This document shows positions 27,878 through 40,128 of a stretch of DNA of 64,000 nt, in pieces. This DNA is from Octopus vulgaris (Eukaryota), in the NCBI GenBank assembly GCA_951406725.2, contig OX597814.1, forward strand, positions 203,856,001-203,920,000, written 5' to 3'. Both the position numbers and the translations under genes were made by a program. A model generated the notes under the pieces. That model was not told where the DNA came from. It made no database searches and was given only the letters and a program-made list of their open reading frames with translations. The number at the start of each line of letters is the position of its first letter. The first letter of the stretch is position 1.

Positions 27878-28210
27878 AAGTGAGAGAGTGAGAAAGCAAG
27901 GAAGGTTTAGAATATTTATTTTGAAAATGCATGTAAGAATTTCATAAAACTTACAAACTGATATGAAAACATTCAGTTTGAGATACAGGAGTGATAGTGT
28001 TATTTTCGCTGTGTATAAAAGAAGGAATGAACATTCACTAAATTTGATGCATGTCACATCAATCAAATATTGGCAAGACTCAATTATCTTGTGGCAAGCA
28101 ATTAATAATTTTGTAGCAAGTTTTCCTTGACACATACTAAATAAATGTTTCCAGGTTGTGATTGGTTTGATTTATATATCAAAATGGAAAGTAATAATAA
28201 TATAATAATT

Positions 28211-28525
28211 AGGCACAGACACAAACCAGACAGAGTGACTAAGTCAGAGACTTACAAAATCCTGTGGGATTTCCCATTTCAGAGGGATCAGGTATTTGGG
28301 CACAACAAACCAAACCTAGTGGTGGCAAACAAGGGGAATCACATGTGCTCTATAATTGATGTTGCATGTCCATTTGACCCAAGGATAGTTAGGAAGAAAG
28401 GCGAGGAAATAGGCAGATACAATCCTCCTAAATATAAAATAGTCTGACTGTGGACGATAAAAAAGGTGAAAATAGTACCAACTCTTGTTCCGGCATAGGG
28501 AACAGTATCAAAAAGTGGCAAGAGG
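28211..28525 (+). mobile_element. Fossil restriction-like endonuclease domain of an R4/Dong-type non-LTR retrotransposon
   Basis: HKPDRVTKSETYKILWDFPFQRDQVFGHNKPNLVVANKGNHMCSIIDVACPFDPRIVRKKGEEIGRY... matches the ILWDF...RPD...IIDVA.P.D...EK..KY pattern. Preceded by a TAA-rich tract. Confidence 0.85.
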
Positions 28526-28939
28526 AACATAAATCAGCTAATCATGCAAAATTCCAAGAGTTCCAACCAAACCCAAGTTATAATGATAAGATGCAAAAGA
28601 AGAAACAAAATAAAAGAAGAAACAAGAAGGGAGAAGAAACAAAAAGGGAAAAGAAAGAAGGAAGAAGGGAAAAAAGAAAAAAGAACCAACAACAAAAAAA
28701 AAAGAGGAAAAACATTGTGCTTTCAAAAACAACTAAGCTAATTCAACAGTTTTGATATTGAATTATGGAACTTGACAGGAAAACCAAAATGATGAATAGC
28801 GTATAGAACTAAAATCAAACTACTCTACATAAATATAATTAAGACTATACAAGTACATAACCAACTGTTAATTCATTGTCTCACAGAAACAGGGATGATA
28901 GAAAAGAGAAAGTTATAAAAACTGTTTTGAGCAACTTAC

Positions 28940-29149
28940 ATCAAAATCCTTCAGCACTCGGCTTGCTGTAGGCTGTGAAGTAGCTAAACCAATACCAGAG
29001 TCTCCATTGACTGTCGGAGAAAGGCTGTCACTAGACATTCCACCATTGGTAACTATTTGATGAACCATGTCGAGTGCCCGTCGCATTTGGGCAAACACAC
29101 CAGCTCGGTTTTGTTTGGCAGAATGGCAGTCAGGATGGCGCAAGCATGT
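28940..29149 (-). CDS. CTNNAL1: Alpha-catulin internal exon, 210 nt, phase 0/0
   Basis: TCLRHPDCHSAKQNRAGVFAQMRRALDMVHQIVTNGG...RVLKDFD; SK|TCLRHP is the catenin/catulin signature. Acceptor tttccag, donor gtaagt. Confidence 0.95.
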
Positions 29150-29632
29150 CTGGAAAGATTAATAAATATAGATAACATTTATTTTTTGCCCCTATTATTC
29201 TTTCAATTACAGATTCTGTAACTTGTCAGCATCATTACTATCATTTTACATCTGCTTTCCATATATATATATATATATATATATTCAGAGATAATACTCA
29301 CCTAGATGGGTTGGTGAACCACATCCTGCCCAATTGTTTCATTTTGGGTTCAGTTTTTATGGCTAGATGCCCATCCTAACACCAACCACTTTACAGAATG
29401 TACTGAATAAATCTTTTCAAGACACCATCACTTGGGAGGTAGACATGTTCTTTATATGTTCAAAAGGGATCCCAAATGATCCCACATTTAAAAATAAATT
29501 CAGGTTTTATTTTAAAAGATCCTCAGTTCGGAAAAACTGCAGATGCCCATTTGAATGAAAGCTTTTAACCTTTAAAACAGAAGCAATCGGAAACACTTTA
29601 CAACGCTGTATGCCATTAATATCAAGAATAGA

Positions 29633-30062
29633 AGCACAGATGTAGCTGTGTGATTCAGAAGCTGGTTTCCCAATCACATGGTTTCTGGTTCAGTTGCATT
29701 GCATGGCACCTTGGGCAAGTGTCTTCTACTATAGCCTTCAGACAACCAAAGCCTTGTGAGTGGATTTGGTAGACAGAAAGTGAAAGAAACCCACCGTATG
29801 TATATATGTGTATGTGCATGCATTTGTGCATCTCTTTGACATCATGTAATAGTTGTAAATGAGTGTCACTGTCATACAAGCAGTGTCATTCATTTCTAAT
29901 ATGCAAAAATATGTATGGCTATGGGGAAATATTACCTTGCTTAGAAACAGGTAAGGGTTGGTGACAGGAAGAGCATCCAGTTATAGAAATTCTACATCAA
30001 TAAACTTTGTTCAGCTCATACAAGCATGAAAAAAAAATTGACCTTAAAACAATAATAATGAT
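29633..30062 (+). mobile_element. Composite SINE: family A head with an alternative body and RTE-type tail
   Basis: Family A head, then gacatcatgtaatagttgtaaatgagtgtc...ggggaaatattaccttgc...gacaggaagagcatccag...catgaaaa...(ATG/AAT)n. The same architecture occurs at about 18510-18985, 38965-39330(-), 47117-49065, 50305-50620 and 56690-57125(-). Confidence 0.8.
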
Positions 30063-30499
30063 GAATTCTGAAGTTTTTAATTCGATACATGGATGGATCA
30101 AGTAGTTCTGGTATTGTTTTGATAATCAGAAAGTTAATCAAATCTTAGAATTAAACCAAATGTCATTTCCTGCAGTTTCATACCTTACTAGCTGCAAAGA
30201 TCTGTGAATTGCAGCTGGGTTAGAATATAGTTGTGTAACAAGGGAACCAACTAGAAAAAAAAGCTTAATATCATCAGAGATAAATGTTCCATTCAACTAT
30301 TCCTACTTGATATGATGGAACGGATTCTTCATTTGCGTTTCATTTTCTAAAATCAATACACTTTCAATAAGTTTGTCCAATATTGTCCTGAGGAGGTTTA
30401 AGTTTCTAAAGACATCAAAGACTAAACAGAGGCCCTGATCAATCCATATTAATATCAAAGGATCTTCTTATTTCAAGTGACAGAAGGAATTCTAAATAC

Positions 30500-30589
30500 C
30501 TTGGACGAAGTTAGCAGCATCATTGTCGCCTTTTCAAGTACTGCACGTGCTGCCCCCATTTGAGCACGCTGTTTATCACTCTTCAGATC
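30500..30589 (-). CDS. CTNNAL1: Alpha-catulin internal exon, 90 nt, phase 0/0
   Basis: DLKSDKQRAQMGAARAVLEKATMMLLTSSK matches the catulin motif M.AARAVLEK.TMMLLT.SK. Acceptor tttcag, donor gtattt. Joins the previous exon in frame (RQN|DLK). Confidence 0.95.
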
Positions 30590-31127
30590 CTGAAATTTTA
30601 AAATAAAAGGATTTAATTTCTCAGAGGTAATATTTAAACGAAGGGAAAATGTTTGACGTAACAAACTCAAATCTTCTATATCGTTAATGTCACATATTAT
30701 TAAATACATTACACAAGCACATACACACAAATACACATACATACACATGCAAATACACATACAACTACACAGATACATATACACACATGTATACAAATAA
30801 TTACATACATATACATACAAACACACCCATACATACAACTTCATCTATGTTCATATGTATGACAAAGAATTGTGTTTTTATTTGCAGAGAAAAATTACTT
30901 CTGAAATAAAGCCAAAAAATGTTGAATGGGGAAAGTCATTTTTACAGCATTTTAGTTCCAGCAGATCAACAAACACAAGATAAAAAAAAAAATATTTAAA
31001 AAGGGCAAAAAAATTTTCCACTGCAAAAATTCAAGTTTCAATCATCTTTCCTTGCCTCAATTCTACGTTGCACTCACTGAACTCTTCTCCAGAGTATCGA
31101 ATAGATGGAGAGGCCGTCAAGCTTTAC

Positions 31128-31152
31128 AATAACAACAACAGTAATAATAGCA

Positions 31153-31189
<37 letters not shown>

Positions 31190-31252
31190 TAATAATAAAA
31201 ATAATAATGATAATAATAATAAAAATAATAATAATAATAACAATAATAATAA

Positions 31253-31283
<31 letters not shown>

Positions 31284-31322
31284 AATAACAATAATAATAA
31301 TAATAATTATGATGATGATGAT
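31128..31322 (+). repeat. Long interrupted (AAT)n microsatellite
   Basis: Direct inspection; explains the poly-N and poly-I ORFs here. Confidence 0.95.
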
Positions 31323-31675
31323 ATAAATCAGGCCTATTTCCGTAGCTGAGATTTCACATATCCAAGCCATAAAATATGCTAAACTGAAATGTTGTGTAAA
31401 CAATAATTCAAATTAATGTCGATGATGAAAAGGAAAAAGTAAAACAGCTGTTTGAATGTTTATTTGCCTTCATAGTACTTAATGACACTGTTTTCTGGTT
31501 ATAACAATAACTAATAATTACTTAAACAATGTCTGCTTAATGTTAACGATTAATTAATGAGATTCTGTGTCTTCTACTTTTAAAACTAGTAATAGGGTTA
31601 TATAAGCAGAAATAAGGTAAGAACATAAGGCCTATACATACATGTGTGTGTGAGTGTGTATGTATGTATGTGTAA

Positions 31676-31734
<59 letters not shown>

Positions 31735-32399
31735 ATGTATAGGCACAGGCATGGCTATGTGGTAAGAAGCTTGCTTCTCAACAACATGGTTTAGGATTCA
31801 GTTCCACTGCATGGCACCTTGGGCAAGTGTCTTCTACCTTAGTCTCAGGCCAACCAAATCCTTGTGAGTGGATTTCATAGATGAAAACTGAGAGAAGCCC
31901 ATTGCATATGTGTGTGGGTGTGTGTGTATGTCTGTCTGTCACGTATCACCACTTGACAGTCAGGGTCAACTTTGTCTTTCATCCTTCTGGAGATCAATAA
32001 AATAAGGACCAGTTGAGCACCAGTCAATATAATCAATAACCCCGACCCTTTAAAATTGCTATCCTTGTGCCAAAATTAGAAAGAATTATGACTATTAATA
32101 ATTTTTTTTAAGGTGGCAAACTGGGAGAATCATTAGCACATTGGACAAAATGCTTTGTAACATTTCTTCTGGTTTTTTACATTCTGAGTTCAAATCCCAT
32201 CAAGGTCAACTTTGTCATTCATCTTTTCAGGGTTGATAAAATAAGTACACGTTGAGCACTGGAAAGGGCAGGGGCAATATAATCAACATACTTCTCTCCT
32301 GAATTTTCAATTTCTTTGGTATCGACTCTGCTATCATTGGCTAATTACAAAATCAATGATCTTACATTGTTCGTATACTCTCTCCTATTATTATTGTTA

Positions 32400-32970
32400 T
32401 TCTCCAACCTAGAGAGCTTTTCTGGCCAGGTTCTGTGTCTCTGTCCAGAGGAGGCACAACACCTTCTTTAGCACAAGCCATTCCAAGCACTGCATTATCC
32501 TTATCATTGAGTGAGAGAGCAGCACATGCCATCAAAGTGACACTGAGGTACAAATATACAAAGTCCAATAAGCCCATCATGGCTACCCATTGATAAGAGG
32601 ACATCAGGCACATGCACGACAACCATGTGTGAGGCATTGTGATCTCATATCAAGATAAAGAGCACATGACCCTGAAAGTGAGGTCCAGTTAGAATTTTCT
32701 TCAGATCAGGTAGCCCATCCCACTCAAAAGATCCCTGAATAAGGTCCCCACTACTTCTGCTTGTGATCAGAGATGCACATTTTGTCAACCACCAAGAGAC
32801 ATGCTCAACTGATTAAGATCAAACAACTGACAAACAAATCTGTGGTATTGAGCAGAATATTTGCTGTAGTCCATCTTTTACACAAAGACAAAACATGTAC
32901 ATGATAACACTTCCAATCAGTTAAGATCAGAAGCCATGAAAGCCACTGCCTGGTATTGCATCAGAGCATG
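32400..32970. repeat. Probable unclassified interspersed element embedded in (ATT)n
   Basis: GC-richer block bounded by (TTA)n at about 32388-32400 and 32971-33073. Only one copy in this window. Confidence 0.4.
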
Positions 32971-33000
32971 TTATTATTATTATTATTATTATTATTTGCA

Positions 33001-33031
<31 letters not shown>

Positions 33032-33697
33032 TGCATATTATTATTATTATTATTATTATTATCATTATTATTATCCACATAGAGATTTATCATCTTCTAA
33101 ACAGTGACTTGAATATTGGATTAATTGATGAGCAGTAGCCTTGTTGCTGATAGCTGATCAAATAGTTTCATAACTCCACAATCAGAATGAACATCACACT
33201 TTCTGCAAACATAACCAGATGTCAAAAACATTGATCAGAATTTCTCAGCACCAGAAATAGGTGTTGTATTCTTATTATTAAAAATGACTTTATCAAAAAG
33301 ATAAAGACATCTCTATTTTAAATCAAAGAAATCTTTCATCATCATCAAAGTTTAATGTCCATCTTCCAGGCTGGCATGGGTTGGACAGTTTAACTGAGGA
33401 CTGGCAAGCCAGAAGGCTGTACCAGGATCTAATCTGATCTGGCAGGGTTTCTACAACTGGATGCCCTTCCTAATGCCAACCACTCCGAGAGTGTAGTGGG
33501 TGCTTTTTACATGCCACCAGCACGAGGGCCAGTCAGGTAGCACTAGCATCAACCACACTTGAAGCATGCTTTTTACGTGCCTCCAGTGCGGGAGCCAGTC
33601 AGGCGAGCTGGCAGAAACGTTAGCAGGCCTGGCGAAATGCTTAGCGGTATTTCGTCTGCCGTTACGTTGTGAGTTCAAATAAAGAAATAGGTACCAG

Positions 33698-33746
<49 letters not shown>

Positions 33747-34207
33747 TACATACGCACGCACGCACGCACACATGTATATGTGTGTGAGTGAGTGTGTCTT
33801 TCCGTATTTGTCCACCAACACCACTCCACAACTGGTGTTAAGTGTGTTTTGATTCCTGAAATCTAGCGGTTCAGCAAAAGAGACCAATAGAATAAGTACC
33901 AGGCTAAAAAATTAAGTTCTGAGGTCAATTTGTGCGCGGGTTCAACCCAGAACTTCAACTGAGAAGCCCTGGTATGTTTTTACAAATTTCCACTGAATCT
34001 CTATGTGTGTGTATGCAAATGTAGATATGAATGTATACAAATACATGAATGTGTGTGTGTGTGCTTGCACATAATAAAGCTATCAGCTATTCACTATAGT
34101 TACCACTAAAACAATGCATACTAATGATAATAATTAGCATTACTGATTAACAAAAGAACATTTCATATTTCTCCTACTTCCCAAGACTTAGATATATCTA
34201 TTCAAGG

Positions 34208-34247
<40 letters not shown>

Positions 34248-34439
34248 ACACACACACACACACACACACAAGATAGAAGGCTGCAGAAAAGAGTGGAGGG
34301 GGTTCAAGCAGTAAAAGTAATAATAAAAATGGTAAGTTGGCATGGGGGAGGACAAGAGAGGGGGATGACATGGTTGGGTAGTTTGCAAACAGGCATAATT
34401 CATGGGATGAGGATATGAATCACTAGTGTGTACAGAGAG

Positions 34440-34960
34440 CACTTCCGAAAGTTAGTTTCATTGACTGTTGATTTTGGAGAAAGTATTTGACGGTAATTTG
34501 GTGAGCACTGAAGAAACTAGAAGTAGAGGAATGGCTTGTGTAGGCAGTTCAAGCAAGTAAAGTGAGAGTTAACAATGACTTCAGTGATGAATTTGATGTG
34601 AAGGTAGGAGTTCATCAAGGTTCAGTCCTCAGTCCTCTCCTCTTCTTCATAGTCCTACAAGACACCACAGAAGGGTTTAACCCTTTAGCATTCAGATTAC
34701 TTTGGCAAATGCAATGCTTATTTATTCACATTGTTTTGAATCAAATTATGCATTATCTCATAGCTTCAAGATTTCAATGATGCGATTGTTTATGTTTAGA
34801 ATGACATTGTAGGACAGGTGTGAAAGGTTGGATCTAGTCAGTTTGAACATAAAACAAGAAGAATATATTGGGCTGGATATGGTTAGTTTAAATGCTAAAG
34901 TGTTAAGACTGGCTATCCACAGGAACTCCTATATTCTTATGATCTAGTTGTCACAGGGTA
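34440..34960 (+). mobile_element. Fossil RTE-clade reverse transcriptase fragment, split by a MITE
   Basis: KVRVNNDFSDEFDVKVGVHQGSVLSPLLFFIVLQDTTEGF continues in frame as KTGYPQELLYSYDLVV (decayed YADD region) once the MITE is removed. Confidence 0.85.
34681..34902. mobile_element. piggyBac-like MITE family A
   Basis: TTAA on both sides (34677-34680, 34903-34906); TIRs ccctttagcatt / aatgctaaagtg; interrupts an RT reading frame exactly at TTAA. Confidence 0.88.
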
Positions 34961-36071
34961 AATTATTAAAGCTGACCTTAGGATGCCTGATGGCAGAGAT
35001 GACAAAGGACTGGGATCTCTGGTGATATAAGGTTCACAAAAGGACTCCTCACTGCACTGGGATAGGATGATCAGAGTTGATCATGGGTTTACTTAAACAA
35101 GGATGACTTGAGGCTGAGCAACAACAACTGATCCTTACTATTAGATTAACTTTAAATCAATGATTTGACAGGGTTGTCAAAAGGTTGAACAAAATACTAC
35201 CTTGTGGCATTTACTCTAGCACCTTGAGTTACAAGAGCTAACTGGTGTCAACCTTACTCTTCATTCTAGGGCAGCTGACTGGCAGAAACAATGGAGCAAT
35301 AAACCAAGATCCTTTGTGGAATTGATCTGGCTTTTTATTCTCTAAGTTCAAATCCTAGTAGGACCTATATGAGCAGTAGACTCAGTCCATCATCAAGTTT
35401 AACACCAACACCTGATCCTTCGGTGCCTTTAGCAAAGTCCAAGCATTCAGGTCAGGTCTCTTCTTTGTTCCTTCCTATCAGTTTTCAAAACCCTGTGAAA
35501 GGCTATAAGCTTCCCTCCTGATTAAACGATTTGAAAATCAACAACAATCCTTAAGACTCTATTAATTTCAATTTGAATTTATTTGAATATTACTGAGCAT
35601 TTTGTTAAAATAACCCTTACTATTACGTAGGAAATGTGATTAAAAATTTAAAAAATTAAACACTAAACCAAAATCTAATATAACAAAAAGGTTTCAAAAA
35701 CATTATAAGACCAATACTTAGTGTACAGATTTACACCAAATATATTAAGAACTATAGTAGAATATTATTTCTTAGTTATTATTTCTTATTATTTGACAAT
35801 ATTTCCTTTTACCAACGTCAGTTTGGTTCCCATGGTTTCAGGTATGTCGCTTGTTGACAATGTTATGTCTGTTAGTTGAATAAAATACTGGATATCATGT
35901 TTTTTTAAAAATTTATTTATTATATATGGTGTATAATAACTACATGAATATTTAGTTTCTGACTTAAGCATCAGCATGGCTGCAAGCTTAATTTCCTTCC
36001 TAACTACCTAATCACACAGCAAGGGCAATTGTCTCCTATAACAACCCCACCCCCACAACTCTCTCTCTCCC

Positions 36072-36104
<33 letters not shown>

Positions 36105-37156
36105 ATGTATGTATGTATGTATGTATGTATATATATATATATATATATATATTTATTTATATGATCCCAGGATTGAGGTGTAGGAAGAAAGTTAGCTTCA
36201 AGCAATCCATAGTAAATATAAAAAGAAAACTACTTTTAGGGATAATCATGGTTTATTGAGACAGAAGGGTGTGGATATTTTTCCTATTGAAGTAAGATAA
36301 ATTGAAAAAGGTTCTTTTTATATTTCACAGTAGGTGACCAGGGTTGTCAGGTGTGTAAATAACAATACAAAAGTTAAGGGATAGAGTAAATAAGATCCAG
36401 GCTACATATGTTCCATAACGAACAGAACCTCAGAAGTGGTAGACATCCAAGTGAAGTGTATACAGCAGGCTACTCTTCAGGCTTAGGATGTCTTGATTAA
36501 ATGTAAATTTACATCGTTGCAATGTTAACACATGGAAGATTCAATCAGAATATATGGGGGGGGGGTTTCTTGTTGTAGCTGACAGATAAGGATTCATCAA
36601 GTATTTGCTGCACAATCTGCATGGATGATTTGTTTGTAGTGACCAAATGTTTGTGCTTTATGTTAGCTCATTGCCTGTACAGGTGCACAGTGGACACAGA
36701 TGTCAGAGTCATGTGAAATTAAGTGTTTTGCTAAAAAAAACACAAGCACTGTCCAGCCTGGGAAATGAAATTATGATCTTGCAATCATGAGTCCAAGTCC
36801 CTAACCACTAGGCCCATGCCCCCACCCTATGTATGTGTATCATCATCATTTAATGTCCACTCTCCATGTTGGTATGGGTTAGACAGAGAGCTGTACCAGA
36901 TTGCAGTCTGTTTTGGCATGGGTTCTACAGCTGGATGCCCTTCCTAACACCAACCACTCCAAAACTGTAATGGGTGCTTTTACATGCCACTGGCACGGGT
37001 GCCATTTACATGACACTGGTAACGACCACAACGACTCGCGGAGTGGTTGGCGTTAGGAAGGGCATCCAGCTGTAGACCTGCAATGACTACAGCTCACAGG
37101 TGCCAATTATATGGCATTGCCAATGACCTTGATTCCTAGGTGGTAATTTGTGTGTA

Positions 37157-37203
<47 letters not shown>

Positions 37204-39467
37204 TGTGTGTGTCCTTGCCCTGATATCACCTAATGTTTTATTAATGAGTGTCACCATCATACAAATGACATCATTTGCTTCCGGTCTTCTATGAAAATAT
37301 ATCTAGCCAGGAGAGGAAATATTACCTTGTTTAGAAACAAGTGAGGATTGGCAACAAAAAGGAGAGCCAACCATAGAAAATCTACCTCACTGAATTCCAT
37401 CTGGGTCGTGTAATCATGGAAAAGTGAACATTTGAACAATGACAATGGTTGTATAAGAACTTGCTCAATATCTTTGTGTGAACTAGATTAATGTTATTTA
37501 AAACATACACTGTATAAGAACCAAATTAATAGTATTTTTATGTACAACAAACATTGTATAAGAACTAGATTAACATTTGCTTTACTTTGTAAGAATATTT
37601 CAAATTTCCACAAGTGATACACAACAACAGTTTTCCAGGTTTGATATTTATAACTGTTACCAACCAAATTATTCACAACTGACTTTTCATTTAAAGGTCA
37701 ATATTATTGTTTTAGCACAGTTTTCCTTTTCTTTTTCCTTTTTTGTTCTTGTCCAGAGTTGCAGAACATCAATATTTAATAATAAATAAATAAAGATAAA
37801 AACTGCCAATTTCTAAGCTTTCAAAATTACTTTCACTGGCATACAAAACACTTGAGGAATTTTTTTTAAATTATGCAACTTTTAATAATATTTTGTTTGA
37901 ACAAAAAATTGAAATCTTTAAATAATTAAATTTATGAATTAAGACTAGAATAATACATCCCTTGAACAGCAATTATTTTTCTAATTATATTTGAAGACTG
38001 TCATTTGTAGCTTGTGGGACCCTCACAAACTAGAATGGTGCATGAGAAGTAATTAAACTGAATAGAATAATTCAGTAAAGTTAAAAAAGTTGCTGGAACA
38101 TGTGGGAAGGAGTTTGTATTATAAAAGAGTTGCATGAAGGGTTATGTAATGTAGGGTATATCATCATTTAAAAGACTATGTTCAATGCTGCGTGGTTGGA
38201 TGGCTTCAATGAATTCTGTGCAACCCATGCCAGCATAGAAAAAAGGACATTAAATGATGCTGATGATGATGTTGATGACATTAGAAAGACCTGTACTATG
38301 AACAACACAGAACCGAAGGTTTAATTCTGAACATTTTGTTAAAACTATAAGTTAATAAGCCTGGTCCTGTAAATATTCTGTTACCAAAAAGAAATTAATG
38401 TAAACAATGTTAGTATGATTCTTGAGATGCCAAGCTTTTCAAGATGTGCAGATGTACAATACAGTACTGTACAAGTAAAGGGTTAAAATATTCATTATGT
38501 AAATCATATCAAATCCAATAAATGAAGAAGAGAGATTGAGAAATATACTTTCATGCTTTTGAGGATTTGAAATATTTTTAATTTAGCTAATTAATTATCT
38601 AAGGTAGTTAATAATGAACACTTTGAATTGCTACAGTGAGTTGTACAGGCAGAAAATTTGTAAATGTAATCTCTATTGTAGTTGGAAAAAAAAGAAAAAA
38701 GTATTTTGCTTCTAAAATTAATTAAACTTCACAATGGGAAGACATAATATAAAAAAAACAAAACAATTTCTTGATTTTACAACACAAACGTGTGTTGTGT
38801 GTGTGTGTGTAAAAATTATATTTTACCAAGTGCAAACATTTGATATGGATGTTAAGTTGAGTAGAGTATTTATCATAATCAAAAGTTGAGAGTTTACTTT
38901 GAGTTTCAACCTTGGCAAGGATGTTTATGATTGACAACTTTCATATAATAAATACACACACTCATCATTTTAACACCCGCTTTTCCATGCTCACATGGAG
39001 CTCACTGAAGCAGATAGACTTTTATGGCTAGACAGGCTTCTTGTTGCTGACCCTCACCTGTTTGTAGGTGAGGTAATATTTCCCCATGGCCAAATAGGTT
39101 TCCAAAGATTGGAAACAAAGGACACAGCTTGTATGACAGGGATACTTGTCCATAACTATTACATGATATCAAGATAAGGAGAAACAAACACACGCTCATG
39201 TGTGTGCATGCACACACACACACACCACAAACATACACTACAGGCTTCTGTTAGTTTCCATCTACAAAATTCATTTACAAATGCTTAGGTTGGTCCAGAA
39301 CAATAATAAAAACCCTTGTCCAAAGTTCCACATCTTAAGCACACAATTGTACTGTGTCTACATAAACTATTGTTAATTTGGCTTTAACTACAAATTTGAA
39401 CTTTTTTCACGCTTGAAACAAGAAAAAGTGTTTTACTCTTTGACATTCTTCCTTTTTTTTTTTTTTT

Positions 39468-39833
39468 AACTTGTTTCGGTTATTAGACTGTGACCATGCT
39501 AGGACACCACCTTACAGGATTTAGCACTTATTTTCTTTTTAAGCCTGGTACTTTTTCTATCAGTCTCATTTTGCCAAATTTCTAAGTTTTAGGGATGTAA
39601 AATATAACAACACCAGTAGTCAAATGGTAGTGGGAGACACATACAAATACACAAGACATATATACATATATATGATGGGCTTCTTTCAGTTTCTGTCTAC
39701 CAAATTTACTAACAAAGCTTTGCTAGGTTCAGAACTGTAGCATAAGACATTTGCCCAAGGTGTCACACAGTGGGACTGAACCCAGAATCGTGAGGTTGGG
39801 AAGCAAACTTATCACAAAGCCATGTCTGCACCT
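39468..39833 (-). mobile_element. SINE family A, diverged
   Basis: Reverse-complement match to head and 3' body. Further diverged copies at about 955-1260(+), 8430-8730(-), 17123-17221(+), 17680-17850(-), 31742-31920(+), 42365-42750(-), 50965-51265(+) and 54400-54545(-). Confidence 0.8.
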
Positions 39834-40128
39834 ATGTTAACCATTTAACCAATAAATGTTAATATTTGGAGATGTGTGTGTGTGTGTGCACAATAGGACA
39901 AGTAAGCACTGAGCAAATAAATTTTTATGTCTTATGGCATACAAACTTGCCCAAATCTGCAATACAAATCACTAGTCTTCTCAGACTTCGGTGTTGACTA
40001 TGTGCGAGGTGTGTGTGTGTGCATGAATGGTGCTGAGTGAAAAACTGGGCTTCAGAGGAATCAGATGTGTGCAAGAAAGGCTGTGCTGATATGGACATGT
40101 AATATTGGAGCATTTTCAGTTGCTTTAG

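Noticed and set aside
31068-31403. Poly-Asn and poly-Ile ORFs, and many similar YI/CV/HT-rich ORFs across the window
   Set aside because: Translations of microsatellites that lack stop codons; no coding features.
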